DNA of 51,846 nt from assembly GCA_900128395.1 (NCBI GenBank), contig LT649266.1, positions 1 through 51,846 on the forward strand. Reading direction: 5' to 3'. Below the pieces are notes generated by a model. It did no database searches. It was not told the DNA's origin and saw only the letters and a list, made by a program, of their open reading frames with translations. Source of the DNA: Stramenopiles sp. TOSAG23-2. Taxonomy: Eukaryota. Positions 10,234 to 22,287 of the stretch are shown piece by piece; the stretch's first letter is position 1; every line of letters begins with the position of its first letter. The translations under genes and the position numbers were made by a program.

Positions 10234-11709
10234 CTACTCCACGTTATCATTCATAAATTGATTTTTTTGATTACGTTTATGTCGTCTTTCTTTTGTGCGT
10301 TCCAATGCTCTTTCTTTTTTAACACTTGATGCATCTGACATATACATACGTTTTTCTAATTTACTTAATTTATCAGTTCCATCTTCCTCTGGTGGTGCAC
10401 CTAAACCAAAAATTTCACGGACCAATGGATTGTAACGAAAATGAAATTGAAATCCACTTTTTAAAACAGATTTTAAAAAATTCATTTGTAATATATGTGA
10501 CCATTTTTCAAATGTAATAGATTCATTTCGTATTTTTATACATAATTCTGGATTTTCATTGTTGGAGATGGAGGAAACGATATTGCGAAAGACACTACGT
10601 TGCTCTTTACGCTCTTTTTTTCCTTTCGAACGATCATATTCACTTGCCAATCCTTCCACCATTCCAACTACTTCATCAACAGATAATGATTCTTCCTCTT
10701 GTATAGCTTGTTTCAATGCATCTTCACCATCAAAACTTTCAGTATTATTTTTTCCATCCACAGAATGTATACTGAAACCACGTTGTTTCATTTTCACTGG
10801 TTCACCACTATTTTTTTGTTTTTCATTTCCATTTAAATTTGATTCCCCATTAATTTCAAAAACCATTGCAAGTGTTTGCCCTGCTGCAATTCTAACTTTA
10901 CTCGAATCATGTTGCAACAATGCACCTAATCGTGAAACTGTTTTTTGAAAATTATCACCAGAAAAATATTGCCTTTGAATCGTACTTGCTAATAAACCAA
11001 AACAATCACATGCAGCTTCTAATATGATTTCATTTCCATTGTTTTTTTTTGAGTTAATCGATGCACTTGCAATTCTTGTATATAATATATCAAAACAATG
11101 CCATGTATGGGTATGTTCCATTGTATTGATGAATGTGGAAAAAGTCAATGCGCGCAACGCTGCTGCACATATTGCTGGTTTTCTTGATTTCAATGCAATA
11201 TTTTCTATCCCAGGTGCATTTTCTTCATATAAACTTTCTTCCTCTGGACCTAATGCAAGGCATACTAATGAAAAAACAGATGCCGCAATAATTGCTTCTT
11301 TTTCTTTACCACGTTTAATACTATTCATAATGATCATCAAAATTTCATCTCGGTTACTATCAACCCATTCAGCACAGTTCGATTTTCGCATAATTTCTGC
11401 TATTGTTTTATATGCCTTTATACGTGTCATTTCTCTTTTTTGTTGCAAAAGTTCTAACTGGTCATTTAATGTAGGTGTCATATCACCAGTTATATTATTA
11501 TCATCTTCGTCGTTATTATTATTGTTTGTTTGAGAAACAATGGATTCGGAATATTGCGATTCGGAATCATTATAATCTTCGTAATCTGAATTATCATTAT
11601 TATTATGATTATTAATCAATTCTTCTGATAATCCACCATTATTATTATTAGAGGAGGAAGATGAATTTTTTTTTAGTTTTTTTCCTTTACCACGTCCACG
11701 TTTTCCCAT
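10234..11709 (-). CDS. IFRD1: Interferon-related developmental regulator (IFRD) family protein
   Basis: Acidic N-terminus and helical repeats; VRIAAGQTLA, KKERKEQRSVFR, LKSGFQFHFRYNPLVREIFGLG and a basic tail. Confidence 0.88.
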   Translation of the reverse strand: MGKRGRGKGKKLKKNSSSSSNNNNGGLSEELINNHNNNDNSDYEDYNDSESQYSESIVSQTNNNNNDEDDNNITGDMTPTLNDQLELLQQKREMTRIKAYKTIAEIMRKSNCAEWVDSNRDEILMIIMNSIKRGKEKEAIIAASVFSLVCLALGPEEESLYEENAPGIENIALKSRKPAICAAALRALTFSTFINTMEHTHTWHCFDILYTRIASASINSKKNNGNEIILEAACDCFGLLASTIQRQYFSGDNFQKTVSRLGALLQHDSSKVRIAAGQTLAMVFEINGESNLNGNEKQKNSGEPVKMKQRGFSIHSVDGKNNTESFDGEDALKQAIQEEESLSVDEVVGMVEGLASEYDRSKGKKERKEQRSVFRNIVSSISNNENPELCIKIRNESITFEKWSHILQMNFLKSVLKSGFQFHFRYNPLVREIFGLGAPPEEDGTDKLSKLEKRMYMSDASSVKKERALERTKERRHKRNQKNQFMNDNVE

Positions 11710-12495
11710 GTTTGTTCAAATATAATTTATTTAAAAGTTTGTTGTTGTAATGAAATAATACAATATATTGTGTATAAAGTAGTACAAATATATATATATT
11801 GTTTGTATATTATAATTGAATATACACACACACACACACACAAATATTTCTAAAAATAAAAGAGAGTGAGTGAGAAGGGGGGAGAACGAATTAACGTGAT
11901 TCCCTTTTTTCTGGTATAGTTCTATCTCTCACACATACCGGTATATCCGGAAGAAACTTTTGATTCTTTTACATGTTGTTTGTGTTTGTAAACTGTTGTA
12001 ATTAGAGCTACTTTTTATTGAACCAACTGACCACCTATGATAATGCTATTTACCTGCTATTTACCTGCTTTCATTTGAAAACAATGGGCCTAGGGAATGC
12101 TAATGCCAGGAAATGATGCAGCAAAGTGCCAAAATATCGCAAACAGGCAACTTATCCTCCTCGTATAAACCTGTAAAACCAATGCAAAAACCAAGAGATC
12201 CAAATTTTTTTCAGCAAATTTTGTTGTATCATTAACGCAACGAGGATACTGCACATATTATAATACCATTTTTACCATTATTATTACTCAACCTGTCTCA
12301 ATGTATAAATTTTTCCGCAATCCGAAACATTCAATCAAATCCCACCAGACAAAGAAACCTCTCCTGTCATCATGTTATAATGGTGCTAAAATCACAAACG
12401 ATCTCCTAATGCTATGATGGTTCTAAAAGTCATAGTGCCTATTTCAATGCTATGACAATTAATGGTATTCCCATATTAACCGTGCCGGGCGTGTA

Positions 12496-12680
12496 TTTCC
12501 TCCAAAAAATTTCTAGAAATCGTTCCTACTTTTTTTTAAAATATATATTAAGTATATATAATTGTATACTAAGATAACTATTTGATTTGATAGAACTATC
12601 TTAGTATACAAATGTATATACTTAATATATATTTAAAAAGTCGATTTCAGAAATTTTCTTTTGGGATTTGAGGAGGAAAA
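12496..12680. repeat. Imperfect fold-back inverted repeat (possible MITE relic)
   Basis: Core arms ~12533-12576 and 12597-12639 (ATATATATTAAGTATATA..TTGTATACTAAGATA and its reverse complement). The outer TTTCCTCC..AATTTCT.GAAATCG pairs with CGATTTCAGAAATT..GGAGGAAA. Confidence 0.75.
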
Positions 12681-13036
12681 TCGATTTATTTGTTTTCATT
12701 CTAAAAAAAAAGGGGGTGTGGTGCTAAATGATGATGCTTTTGATGAACCGAAGGAATTTTATTAATATCGATAGCATGGGAATACTATTACTAAAATCAT
12801 GGATCAAAATTAAATGTCCATACATATCTAAAAAAAAATAAATATTTTTATACAAACAGATACATACAGATGGACATATAGAAACGAAAACATTGTTGAT
12901 ATATTGAAAAGAAGTGTATAGGATAGAATAGATAGATTATCCATTTCGTGTGTTTTTGTTGATACATATATATATATATCTATTTTATTACAATATACAA
13001 ATAAATTGATATATATATATATATATAATTACAAAG

Positions 13037-14191
13037 ATGATGAAAATATTACAAATATTGATCCTGTTTACAATTATCAATGTTATCATAGGTATTACAA
13101 ATAGTGAACAAACATTTGGTTCGAAAACAAACAAGTTGGTTTCAAACAAACCACGTCAAGCAGTAGCAAAAGAGAAGAATGTTGAAGATGACGTGCCAGC
13201 TACGGATGCGATACCAGACAAATATTTAAAACATAGTGTTTCCGTATTTAAAGATACATTTGAGGATTCGAAAGTAACTAAAAAAGTATGGAAAATGCCT
13301 GATTTAGGCAAAGAGGCAAGCGATATGATAGGCATTGAAATGATGCCTGGGAAAGAGCCTATGGCCGACGGAGCTGCATGTCCAAATTTAAATGAAACTG
13401 CTAAATGTAACCAATTTAAATGTGCGATTATGGGTGTTCCACACATTCAACGCAGTGGAAAGCCACTTGTAAAGGCACCTTGGGATACATTGATGACAAG
13501 AAACAATAGCAATTGGTGTTACCAAATCGAAAAAGCAATTGCACCATACCATTACGGTTATTTGCCTGAATGCACAAAAGTTGTTAAAGAAGACATTGAT
13601 GCAATGCAAAAAGCATTAAATGAAAAATTGGCAACCAGGGCAAAATTAGCACAAGAAGAAATGGAAAATACTAGATCGGAAATGAATACAAAACGCCGTG
13701 AAGAAACCATGAAATACGATGAAGCTAAAAACAAAATATTAGATGCACAACAAAATTTAGTTAAACAGCAAGATATGAAGCGTATTGAAACTGAGCAAGA
13801 ATCGAAATCTGCGCAAGATGAAGCAAAGCAATTTGAAGCTGAAAAAAAATTAGCAAATGATCGTCAGAAAAAAATGGAAAACGAGAAAGAATCTGCTGCT
13901 AAAGAATCTGTTGCTGGTTTACAACAAATCAATGCAGCTAAAGCTGAAAATGAAATGCGTGCTGCGCGTGCATTACAAGTAGATCAAAAGGCTGAGTTGG
14001 CAGATAGTGAAAGCAAGAAAGCAGCTGAAGCAGGCATTAAATTAGCAGCATTAAAAGAGCAACAAAAAGCTACAGAAGGAGAAGAGCAAAGCTCCTTGCA
14101 AAATGGCAAAGCAGTTGCCAATGATGCTAAGGTGAGCCAAATAATGCAAGAAACAAAAAATAGATTAGCACAAGAGAGTGCAAGAAATTAA
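13037..14191 (+). CDS. Putative secreted protein with short Cys-rich segment and long C-terminal coiled coil
   Basis: N-terminal signal-like hydrophobic stretch; GAACPNLNETAKCNQFKC; E/K/Q/A-rich C-terminal half. Confidence 0.7.
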   Translation: MMKILQILILFTIINVIIGITNSEQTFGSKTNKLVSNKPRQAVAKEKNVEDDVPATDAIPDKYLKHSVSVFKDTFEDSKVTKKVWKMPDLGKEASDMIGIEMMPGKEPMADGAACPNLNETAKCNQFKCAIMGVPHIQRSGKPLVKAPWDTLMTRNNSNWCYQIEKAIAPYHYGYLPECTKVVKEDIDAMQKALNEKLATRAKLAQEEMENTRSEMNTKRREETMKYDEAKNKILDAQQNLVKQQDMKRIETEQESKSAQDEAKQFEAEKKLANDRQKKMENEKESAAKESVAGLQQINAAKAENEMRAARALQVDQKAELADSESKKAAEAGIKLAALKEQQKATEGEEQSSLQNGKAVANDAKVSQIMQETKNRLAQESARN

Positions 14192-14433
14192 AAAAAGATA
14201 ACAGAGAGTAAATTGACAAAAAAAGAACGAATAAACACATTTTTTATAAAATACTCGTAAATATGAAATGTATGATATTCGTATAATATATAGTATATAT
14301 TTTTAAAAAGACAAAAAAATATTTTTTAATATGACCGCAAAAGAGTATATTCGTAGATACAAGTAGCTATTAATCTACTACACACCGATTATCGTAATAT
14401 ACACTCTCCACTCTTATACAAGTAGAAAAATCT

Positions 14434-16356
14434 CTACGAATGATACCATAAATCACTATTCTCTTTATCCACATGTATCCACTTCCCAACTGCATCGACT
14501 AACTGCCCTGATCGTAGCAACTCCACAACTGCTTCTATATCAGGTGACATGTGTCGATCACGATCCCATGGTTTAACTTTAGTTCGTACTAAATTGTACA
14601 CATTTTGCAATGGCTCGGTAGTTTTCAATGGTTTGAAAAATTCCAATGCTTGGCATGCGGCAAGGATCTCAATGGCAAGTACAATCTCAACATGAGAAAC
14701 AACTTCCAAGGATTTACGTGCAGCAAATCCACCCATTGATACATGGTCTTCCTTCGCACCACTTGTAGATAATGAATCCGTTGATGATGGATGTACAAGT
14801 ACTTTATTCTCAGACACAAGTGCAGCCGCAGTACAGTGTGCAATCATGAATCCAGAGTGGAAGCCACCGTTTTTAACTAAAAATGCAGGCAAACCGCTTA
14901 AATCAGGGTTACATAAACGTTCAATTCTACGTTCAGAAATGGATGCTAATTCAGATATACCAATGGCTAAGTAATCCAGTGCTTTTGCTGGATACTCTCC
15001 ATGGAAATTTCCACCACTGATGACAAAACCACCACCACCAGTATAATACGTATCGCTTTCTTGCTTGTATATACCCCATTTTTTTAAATTGCTTTGTTGC
15101 ACACTTGTTGCTTTTGATGGCGATGTAACCACTTGTTGCTTTGCTAATAAATTTCGTAAACGTACAATTTCAGCTTTTGCTTCTTGTAAATCTTCCACTT
15201 GATTTGGATCTACAGGATCTTCTTTACCATTATCATCATCATCGTTTAACAAGGAAGAAGCCGTTTGATTACCATTATTATTATTATCATCTTCTTCCCT
15301 ACCACCAAGTAAATTTTCATTGTTTATCTCTCCAGTAAATACCATTGGATTGTCCGTAGCACTATTCATTTCAGTCGATATGATGGAAGAAACAAATTCA
15401 ACAGTATCATGTGCAATCCCATGTACCTGTGGTGCACAACGCAATGTATATGCATCTTGAACTTTCCCAACATATCGATGTTGAGAATAAATCTCAGATG
15501 GTGTAGCTGGCGTTAATAAATTTCGTAATCGTTCTGCTACTAAATTTTGGCCTCGATGGCGTCTTACTGAATGTATACACGGATGATATGCTTTTGGCGT
15601 CCCTTTCAATACTTCTAAACTTAAAGCAACTGCAATATCAGCACATATACAGGCTTGTCTTGATCGTTGTACAGCTTCTGCACCTAATGATGTTATCAAT
15701 TGCGTTCCATTAATCATGGCTAAACCTTCTTTCGCTTCTAAATGCAATGGTGTTAATCCATTTGCACTTAAAATATCGCTTGCTTTGCCAATTTTATTTA
15801 CATTGTTATCATTATTATTATCATCATCCTCATTTGGATACCACATATCACCAATTCCCATTAATCCTAATGCTAAATGTGAAAGTGGTGCTAAATCCCC
15901 TGATGCACCAACCGTCCCTTTACAAGGAACTACTGATAGACAATCTTTATTGAATGCAGCTATGACTTGTTTTAATGACTTGACTGATATTCCACTATAT
16001 CCTTTAGATAAAACATTTGTTCGCAATGCTAATAACATTCTTGTTCGTTGGCGAGATAAAGGTTCGCCAACGCCTGAAGAGTGTGAAAGAATTAAATTCA
16101 CTTGCAAATCATGCAATTGTTCTTTAGTAACAACAACTTTTGAAAACAATCCAAATCCAGTATTGATCCCATATGCCACTTCACCAGATTCAACAATATT
16201 ATCGACTACTTCCCTTCCAGCTTTTACCTTGTTCCAACTCTCCTCTGTTAAATCAATGTTGTATTTACCAGAGGACAATAATACGAGTGAATCGACATCT
16301 AAAGTATTACCATCTAGATATATCGTTTCTTTTTTAGTAGTAGATAAACTTGTCAT
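14434..16356 (-). CDS. HAL: Histidine ammonia-lyase
   Basis: [11 protein letters not shown]-forming [52 protein letters not shown] and EDHVSMG. Confidence 0.97.
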   Translation of the reverse strand: MTSLSTTKKETIYLDGNTLDVDSLVLLSSGKYNIDLTEESWNKVKAGREVVDNIVESGEVAYGINTGFGLFSKVVVTKEQLHDLQVNLILSHSSGVGEPLSRQRTRMLLALRTNVLSKGYSGISVKSLKQVIAAFNKDCLSVVPCKGTVGASGDLAPLSHLALGLMGIGDMWYPNEDDDNNNDNNVNKIGKASDILSANGLTPLHLEAKEGLAMINGTQLITSLGAEAVQRSRQACICADIAVALSLEVLKGTPKAYHPCIHSVRRHRGQNLVAERLRNLLTPATPSEIYSQHRYVGKVQDAYTLRCAPQVHGIAHDTVEFVSSIISTEMNSATDNPMVFTGEINNENLLGGREEDDNNNNGNQTASSLLNDDDDNGKEDPVDPNQVEDLQEAKAEIVRLRNLLAKQQVVTSPSKATSVQQSNLKKWGIYKQESDTYYTGGGGFVISGGNFHGEYPAKALDYLAIGISELASISERRIERLCNPDLSGLPAFLVKNGGFHSGFMIAHCTAAALVSENKVLVHPSSTDSLSTSGAKEDHVSMGGFAARKSLEVVSHVEIVLAIEILAACQALEFFKPLKTTEPLQNVYNLVRTKVKPWDRDRHMSPDIEAVVELLRSGQLVDAVGKWIHVDKENSDLWYHS

Positions 16357-17156
16357 GATACTAATATAAATAAACCTTCTTCTTTATTATTAAATTTATT
16401 GCTACGTATAATTTTTTTAATTACGAAATTATAATACTATCTATAAAAAATGCAAATTGACTGTGGGTGTTTTATATAGATACAGGTAGATAGATACGAT
16501 AATCTATACAGTATATGTCGTTCTATATTTAAAGTACTTCATCCATTAAACATATATCTAGTCTATACATTAATATAATATACTATCCTTTTCAACTTCA
16601 ATCAACAAAATATATATAAGAAATATTTTAAAAATCATTTTTTTTTTGAAAGAAGAAGATTACACAACAGGCACACACGCTTGAAGAGGTTACTCAGAAG
16701 CATTCGTGGCACCACACAAAAAATCAGACGAGAAGAAGAAGAATAAACAAATATTTTGCATAAGTTTATAGGTGCATTTTTTACATAGAATTACTTTACA
16801 GTATTATATCTATCTCCTTGTTAATTGAGAAGGATAAGGCCTCGTTAATTAACTTTTTCATATTTTAAAATATTTTCCTTAATAATTTAAACCAGTTTGG
16901 TTTAAGTTTGGTTTAAGGGAACAACCGATCCTTTCGATTTGGATTACTCTCCACCGACGCGCACTTTTTTTCCAAGTTCCACCACAGTCCAACATCACAC
17001 ACAGGCCAAGTGTTGAATTTAATGCAAGCAATAGAACATACGAACGGTATCTTTTCATTTTAATTTTGTTTGTATTTATATTATAGATACTGAACAATCA
17101 GCAATACTCTAAAACATTTTGATTTTATTATCATTAGTAATATTTATTTGAACAAG

Positions 17157-18413
17157 ATGGAACCACAATATATATTATATGGATCGTATGCATCCTATTT
17201 CACTGCAAAGACAAGGGCATATTTACGGAAAAAGTCCATACCTTTTATTGAAAGGCATGTTGGAGACCCCCAGTTCCGTTCATTAATTCAACCACAAACT
17301 GGATCACACCGGATACCACAGCTTTATTGTATGTTGAACGGTGATTGTGTCCAAGATAGTACCAATATATTAGATTACTTGGAGAAACGACATCCAAAGC
17401 TTCCAGCTATACCGCCTACACCATGCCAACGTGTTTTTGTACATCTTATGGAATTATATGCTAGTGAAGGTTTATTGAAATTAGCTTATGCATATCGATG
17501 GTTATTTATAGATAACATGGAATTTATTACTAAAGATTTTGGTATGGCATTAAGACCACAAGGAAATACGGAGATTCTGAATAAATATGGTGGTAGAATA
17601 GTTAATAGGATGGAAGGAGGGAAGAATATAATGTTACGAAGCGTAAAAAAGACAGAAGATGTTATGGATGATACTGATTTACGAAAAGATTTAAACAAAG
17701 CATACTTAAAATTATTGAAATTATTTGATGATCACCTTCTATTAATGCCATATCTTTTAGGTGGACATCCATCTGCAGCAGACTATGCAATGATGGCAGC
17801 ATTACATGCACATTTAGGACGTGATCCGGTACCGTTACGTCTTATGCAAGTGAATGCACCACATGTATTTCGATGGGTTGAACATATGTTAAATTTTGCT
17901 GAAGTGCAAAGTCCAGAATTTTTTGATTATCCAGTTGAATTTGAAAAAAATGATATTGTACCACCTTCTGCATTAAAAATATTAAAATTTATTGCAGTAG
18001 ATCAACAACGGATGTTCAAAGATGATTATGTCAAAGAGGTGATAGCATTTGAAGAGGAAATGGAACTTCATCCAGAGAAACGTGGCAATGGAAATCCACT
18101 TTTAGATGGCAATGATAAAGGTGCAGATCAAGCAATTCTTATAGTAGATCGAGATGGGGGAAAGAAAAAAATGGGCATAAGTCTACATCATGTATGGCTG
18201 TCCCAACGCTCACGTGAATTTTTTCAAACTTCTTCAATATCCGATCAAAATAAAATTATAACAATGTTAGGTGAAGATAATGATTCTTTGGATCTTTTAA
18301 AAGTTCCTATACGAACTAAGATTAAACGTGTTATTTTAAAAGAACCAAATCGACCTAGGTTTATTGCAGAGGAGTGGGGTAATAATCAGAATATTAACAA
18401 AAGCAAACTTTGA
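17157..18413 (+). CDS. Glutathione S-transferase-fold protein with C-terminal PTS1 (-SKL)
   Basis: LYGSYASYFTAKTRAYLRKKSIPF, RIPQL..VQDSTNILDYLE and PYLLGGHPSAADYA. First ATG is at 17157 (the ORF track starts at an upstream TTG). Confidence 0.85.
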   Translation: MEPQYILYGSYASYFTAKTRAYLRKKSIPFIERHVGDPQFRSLIQPQTGSHRIPQLYCMLNGDCVQDSTNILDYLEKRHPKLPAIPPTPCQRVFVHLMELYASEGLLKLAYAYRWLFIDNMEFITKDFGMALRPQGNTEILNKYGGRIVNRMEGGKNIMLRSVKKTEDVMDDTDLRKDLNKAYLKLLKLFDDHLLLMPYLLGGHPSAADYAMMAALHAHLGRDPVPLRLMQVNAPHVFRWVEHMLNFAEVQSPEFFDYPVEFEKNDIVPPSALKILKFIAVDQQRMFKDDYVKEVIAFEEEMELHPEKRGNGNPLLDGNDKGADQAILIVDRDGGKKKMGISLHHVWLSQRSREFFQTSSISDQNKIITMLGEDNDSLDLLKVPIRTKIKRVILKEPNRPRFIAEEWGNNQNINKSKL

Positions 18414-18674
18414 AAATGAGATGAAAAGGGTGGTGTTGTGTGTGAATTAAAAAATATTTGTGTACCGATATTATACGTGTTCAAGTATGCTCGTAATTTA
18501 CATTTTTTGTATAATACTTAAAATATGCGTATTGTAAAATATATTACACATCTAAATTATACACAAAAATATACTTCGTACTCGTATTTTATCGAGTCGT
18601 ACGAGAATAATATTTTTTTGAACAATACTCTCTATACCCTCAGATATTAATATGTCGTTTTCGCGTCTCCCTTT

Positions 18675-19856
18675 TCACCCTAAATCGACTTCGTTTTTAT
18701 CATAATAAAAATGAGAATTTGGATCTAATTCATCCACCCTATCACCAAATTCTTTTTCAAATGCAATTGCTATTTCATTATATTTTTCATCATCTTCAAG
18801 AGAAGTTGTTAAGGACATTACAATCTCTTCAACTTCCAATACACTTTTTGCACCAATTAATGCAGTCGATATTGGTGGGGAGAAAGATTGAAAATTACGT
18901 ATCCCATATGCAATTTCTTTTTTATCTGAACCTGGCGCATCCACTTTACACATACCAGTTGCAAATCTCAACGCTAATCCTCTTAAATCGATCTCCTTAT
19001 CTTGGCACCAGTCATTCATTTCAGTTGCTAATTGAATAACTTCTGGTATATCAATATTTTCTTTTATACCTTGTGAAAATGATGTTTGTGGATCCATACC
19101 ACTTAACAATCCCATATAAAATGGTCCACCATTTAATATGGAAACACCTAATCGATTTGCCATTGGTAATACATTGACACTTGCATATCGTCGTAATAAG
19201 TTCCAATCATTTACTATCAATGCAACATCGGCTACCATAGATGGATCTTTCATGAAATTTAATAACACATCATGTTCTCGTACGCCAACCCCAGTAGCTC
19301 TAACTTCCCCTGATTCCCGCAACTCTTTAAACGTTTCAATACCACCAGTTTTTGGTGTGAAAAATTCATCTAAATCTTTTTGTGTTGGATCATGCAATAA
19401 AAAAATATTTATGTCATGACCAAGCAGATTATTGATCGATTTCTTATAACTTGCTAATACACCTTCTTTTGAAAATGGGGAATGGCCATCATTTTGTGGA
19501 CCTTCATCGCCACATTTGGTGACTATAATTGGTTGAGATCGAACTAATTCTCCAGCTTTTAACTCCCAACAAGAACCCTCTGGAGCATCATAATTTGTTA
19601 ATGCCGTCCCAATTCTACGTTCACTTTTGCCATTGCCATAAATTGGAGAAGTATCTATTAATGTTATACCGAGGTCTAATGCTCGCATGACGGTTTCGAC
19701 TGCTTGCGTATCTGAAATTTCACCGTAAATATCACCTAACCCAACACCACCTAAACCTATAATGGACGTCCTCATCCCAGTCATGCCTAGTGGACGTGTT
19801 GGTACTAATGGAAATTTCGGCATTCCTATTCTGGGAAGATGTATCATTCTTTTCAT
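18675..19856 (-). CDS. Aldo/keto reductase (sugar dehydrogenase-like)
   Basis: RPLGMTGMRTSIIGLGG, IDTSPIYGNGKSERRIG, catalytic TK, LLHDP and a C-terminal LIGAKS..EV. Confidence 0.92.
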   Translation of the reverse strand: MKRMIHLPRIGMPKFPLVPTRPLGMTGMRTSIIGLGGVGLGDIYGEISDTQAVETVMRALDLGITLIDTSPIYGNGKSERRIGTALTNYDAPEGSCWELKAGELVRSQPIIVTKCGDEGPQNDGHSPFSKEGVLASYKKSINNLLGHDINIFLLHDPTQKDLDEFFTPKTGGIETFKELRESGEVRATGVGVREHDVLLNFMKDPSMVADVALIVNDWNLLRRYASVNVLPMANRLGVSILNGGPFYMGLLSGMDPQTSFSQGIKENIDIPEVIQLATEMNDWCQDKEIDLRGLALRFATGMCKVDAPGSDKKEIAYGIRNFQSFSPPISTALIGAKSVLEVEEIVMSLTTSLEDDEKYNEIAIAFEKEFGDRVDELDPNSHFYYDKNEVDLG

Positions 19857-20291
19857 TTTTTATACGTATTATTATTAATTTTATTAAATTCAATATTATT
19901 GTTGTATTATCCTTCTATATATTGATGGAGTCTTACTCTGTAAAACTATAATTTTATTTTATTTTTAATATATATATATAATGAATATATATATATTTAT
20001 CATCGATGATTATATCAGTTGTATATTTGTTTCTATTTATTTCTAATTGTGTGTGTATATTATACATATATGTATTATATGATGAGAGATATTGTTTATA
20101 TATATATTTACCACACATTTATTCCTATATCGATACTGTATCACCAGAGAGTTTGTACTTTTAATAGAAGAAAGAAAGAAAATATTAATACAATATGTCT
20201 CGCAATTGAAATACACCGAGAACCGAGAGTGTCAATAATTAATTTAATCTTTTTTAAATCTCTACTCATTATAAATACCGTTAATTCCCAC

Positions 20292-21701
20292 CTACTCCCC
20301 TTTTTCTGGCTGCAACAAAGCCAGATCAAATGCTTTAAAAGACGGAAACCACTTTGCATACATTAAAATTGATTCAACAATCATTACAAGACGATCCTCA
20401 ATTGTCAAGGAATGAATTTCGTCTCTCGTCATTAAATTTCTTTCAAATTTTGATATTGGCCGTTTTGATGCAGAACAACGAAATGTCATAGCCAATGATT
20501 TACGCGGTGGAAGATGTGAAGAAGAAGAGCATGAAGAGCCCCAATGAATGCAATTAGGTTGCCAAAGAAGAATCGATCCTCTTGGTGCTGGCATTGGCAT
20601 TACTTTGTCCAAAGGAAAGTTTAAAATGACTTGTTCCGATGGTGGTTTAATTTTACGCGTTGGTAACTTTTGATTTAAATTAAGACCTGCTGTTTGATAT
20701 GCAACACGTTCATGCCAGTAATCATTACTCATATAAAATCTTTCATCTGCATCTTTTGGTAGAATATGCATACAACCATTTGTCAATCCAACATCATTCA
20801 CACACATCCAGGTAGATAAATGTGATGGACTACCATCAAGAAAATTAGCTTCTTCAAATGAATTATCTCTATGCGGTAATGGAAAATTTCCTCCGACTTC
20901 TGCTTCAGCAGTAGAAGAAGAAACATTTTTTTTTTTAGCATTGTTAATAGTAGTATTAATAGTAGTTGTGTTTGTTGTTGTTGCTTCATCAACACCATCA
21001 ATATTATTTGCCACTGCTGCTGCTTTGCTTCTAGATAATGCCCAACCATGCATTGAACTTTCCAATAAACAATCTTTCCCTAATATTGGGGATACCAACT
21101 CAAACATACGATCAATTAAAAGCCATGGTTCATCAAACAAAAAAACAAAAACTGGTGGCCAACCCGCTAATTTAAGAGATTCCATCGAAGCATCTATACG
21201 ACGGAGTATTTCATCATATTCTTTTCCCCAGCTAAAGGTTGGGTTTGGTGGGCCGTATAATGAAGGAGTTTCTGCTGCTGTTTTAAGACAATCATTTTTA
21301 ACAATAGTACATCCGCGTGTAGTTAAATTTTTTGCGACAAGTTGATGTAATTTTTCATTAAATAATGATGACATAGATGACGTACCTTCTCCTCTGTTTC
21401 CCAATGATAATCCCACCATTGTATTTCCACATGCATATTTCTCCCATTTATTTACAGCAAGAAGTGGTTTTATAGCTTCTGGATTTCGTGATACAATTTT
21501 TTCAAGTTGAGTAATGTACATGTTTGATACTTGATTGTTTTCTTTTTTTTTCCTTTTATTGGCTCTCCTTTCTTCATTGAGTCTTTTCTTTGCTTCCTTT
21601 TTACTTTCTTTCTTTTTTTTCTTTCCATTTTTTTTAGATGATGTAGATTGGTCAATTTCAGTATTGTTTTCCAAGTGTATATTCGCAATGTTCATCATCA
21701 T
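20292..21701 (-). CDS. Phytanoyl-CoA dioxygenase (PhyH)-like Fe(II)/2OG oxygenase
   Basis: PHRD iron motif, WMCVNDVGLTNGCMHILP, GSILLW...IHWGS and RKSLA; Lys-rich N-terminus. Confidence 0.85.
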   Translation of the reverse strand: MMMNIANIHLENNTEIDQSTSSKKNGKKKKKESKKEAKKRLNEERRANKRKKKENNQVSNMYITQLEKIVSRNPEAIKPLLAVNKWEKYACGNTMVGLSLGNRGEGTSSMSSLFNEKLHQLVAKNLTTRGCTIVKNDCLKTAAETPSLYGPPNPTFSWGKEYDEILRRIDASMESLKLAGWPPVFVFLFDEPWLLIDRMFELVSPILGKDCLLESSMHGWALSRSKAAAVANNIDGVDEATTTNTTTINTTINNAKKKNVSSSTAEAEVGGNFPLPHRDNSFEEANFLDGSPSHLSTWMCVNDVGLTNGCMHILPKDADERFYMSNDYWHERVAYQTAGLNLNQKLPTRKIKPPSEQVILNFPLDKVMPMPAPRGSILLWQPNCIHWGSSCSSSSHLPPRKSLAMTFRCSASKRPISKFERNLMTRDEIHSLTIEDRLVMIVESILMYAKWFPSFKAFDLALLQPEKGE

Positions 21702-21803
21702 TTATTTACAATATATATATTATTGAAATAAGTAGAAATTTTATATATTTATGGTATATGAAATATTATTCTTATTCTTGCTAATTTCTACATGTATATA
21801 TAT

Positions 21804-21804
<1 letters not shown>

Positions 21805-21850
<46 letters not shown>
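21805..21850. repeat. (AG)n microsatellite
   Basis: Uninterrupted AG dinucleotide run of about 45 bp. Confidence 0.95.
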
Positions 21851-21853
<3 letters not shown>

Positions 21854-22287
21854 ATAAAACTTTGTTTCTGATATATTAAAATATATGTTGCATATGTGCA
21901 TACTTTATATATATATATATCAATATAAATAATAAATACGGGTCAACAAAATCACGAATCATCACGTGTTCCTTTTCTCCTTCTCCGTCTCCAGCATTAC
22001 GAGGATAATAGCATAGTGCCATAAGCACATAAGCACATGTAAAAATTGCACCATTCATTTTTTTCTCTTCTTTTTTTTTTTTTTTTCAGAAGATATTTAT
22101 ATTATTCATTCTATAAAAATTGTTAATTTGTGCTCATACAAGATTATAGTATATATATAATAGATTACTTTTTTACTTTTTTTAATTGAATGGTACGTGT
22201 TGTCGTCTATTGTTGTTGTTCTTCTTTGTTGCATATATATATATATATATATTTATTTAGTTTTCAATATTGAAATAATTATTTACG

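Noticed and set aside
15024-15339. HAL insertion as an intein
   Set aside because: No terminal His-Asn followed by C/S/T and no intein block motifs; largely low complexity.
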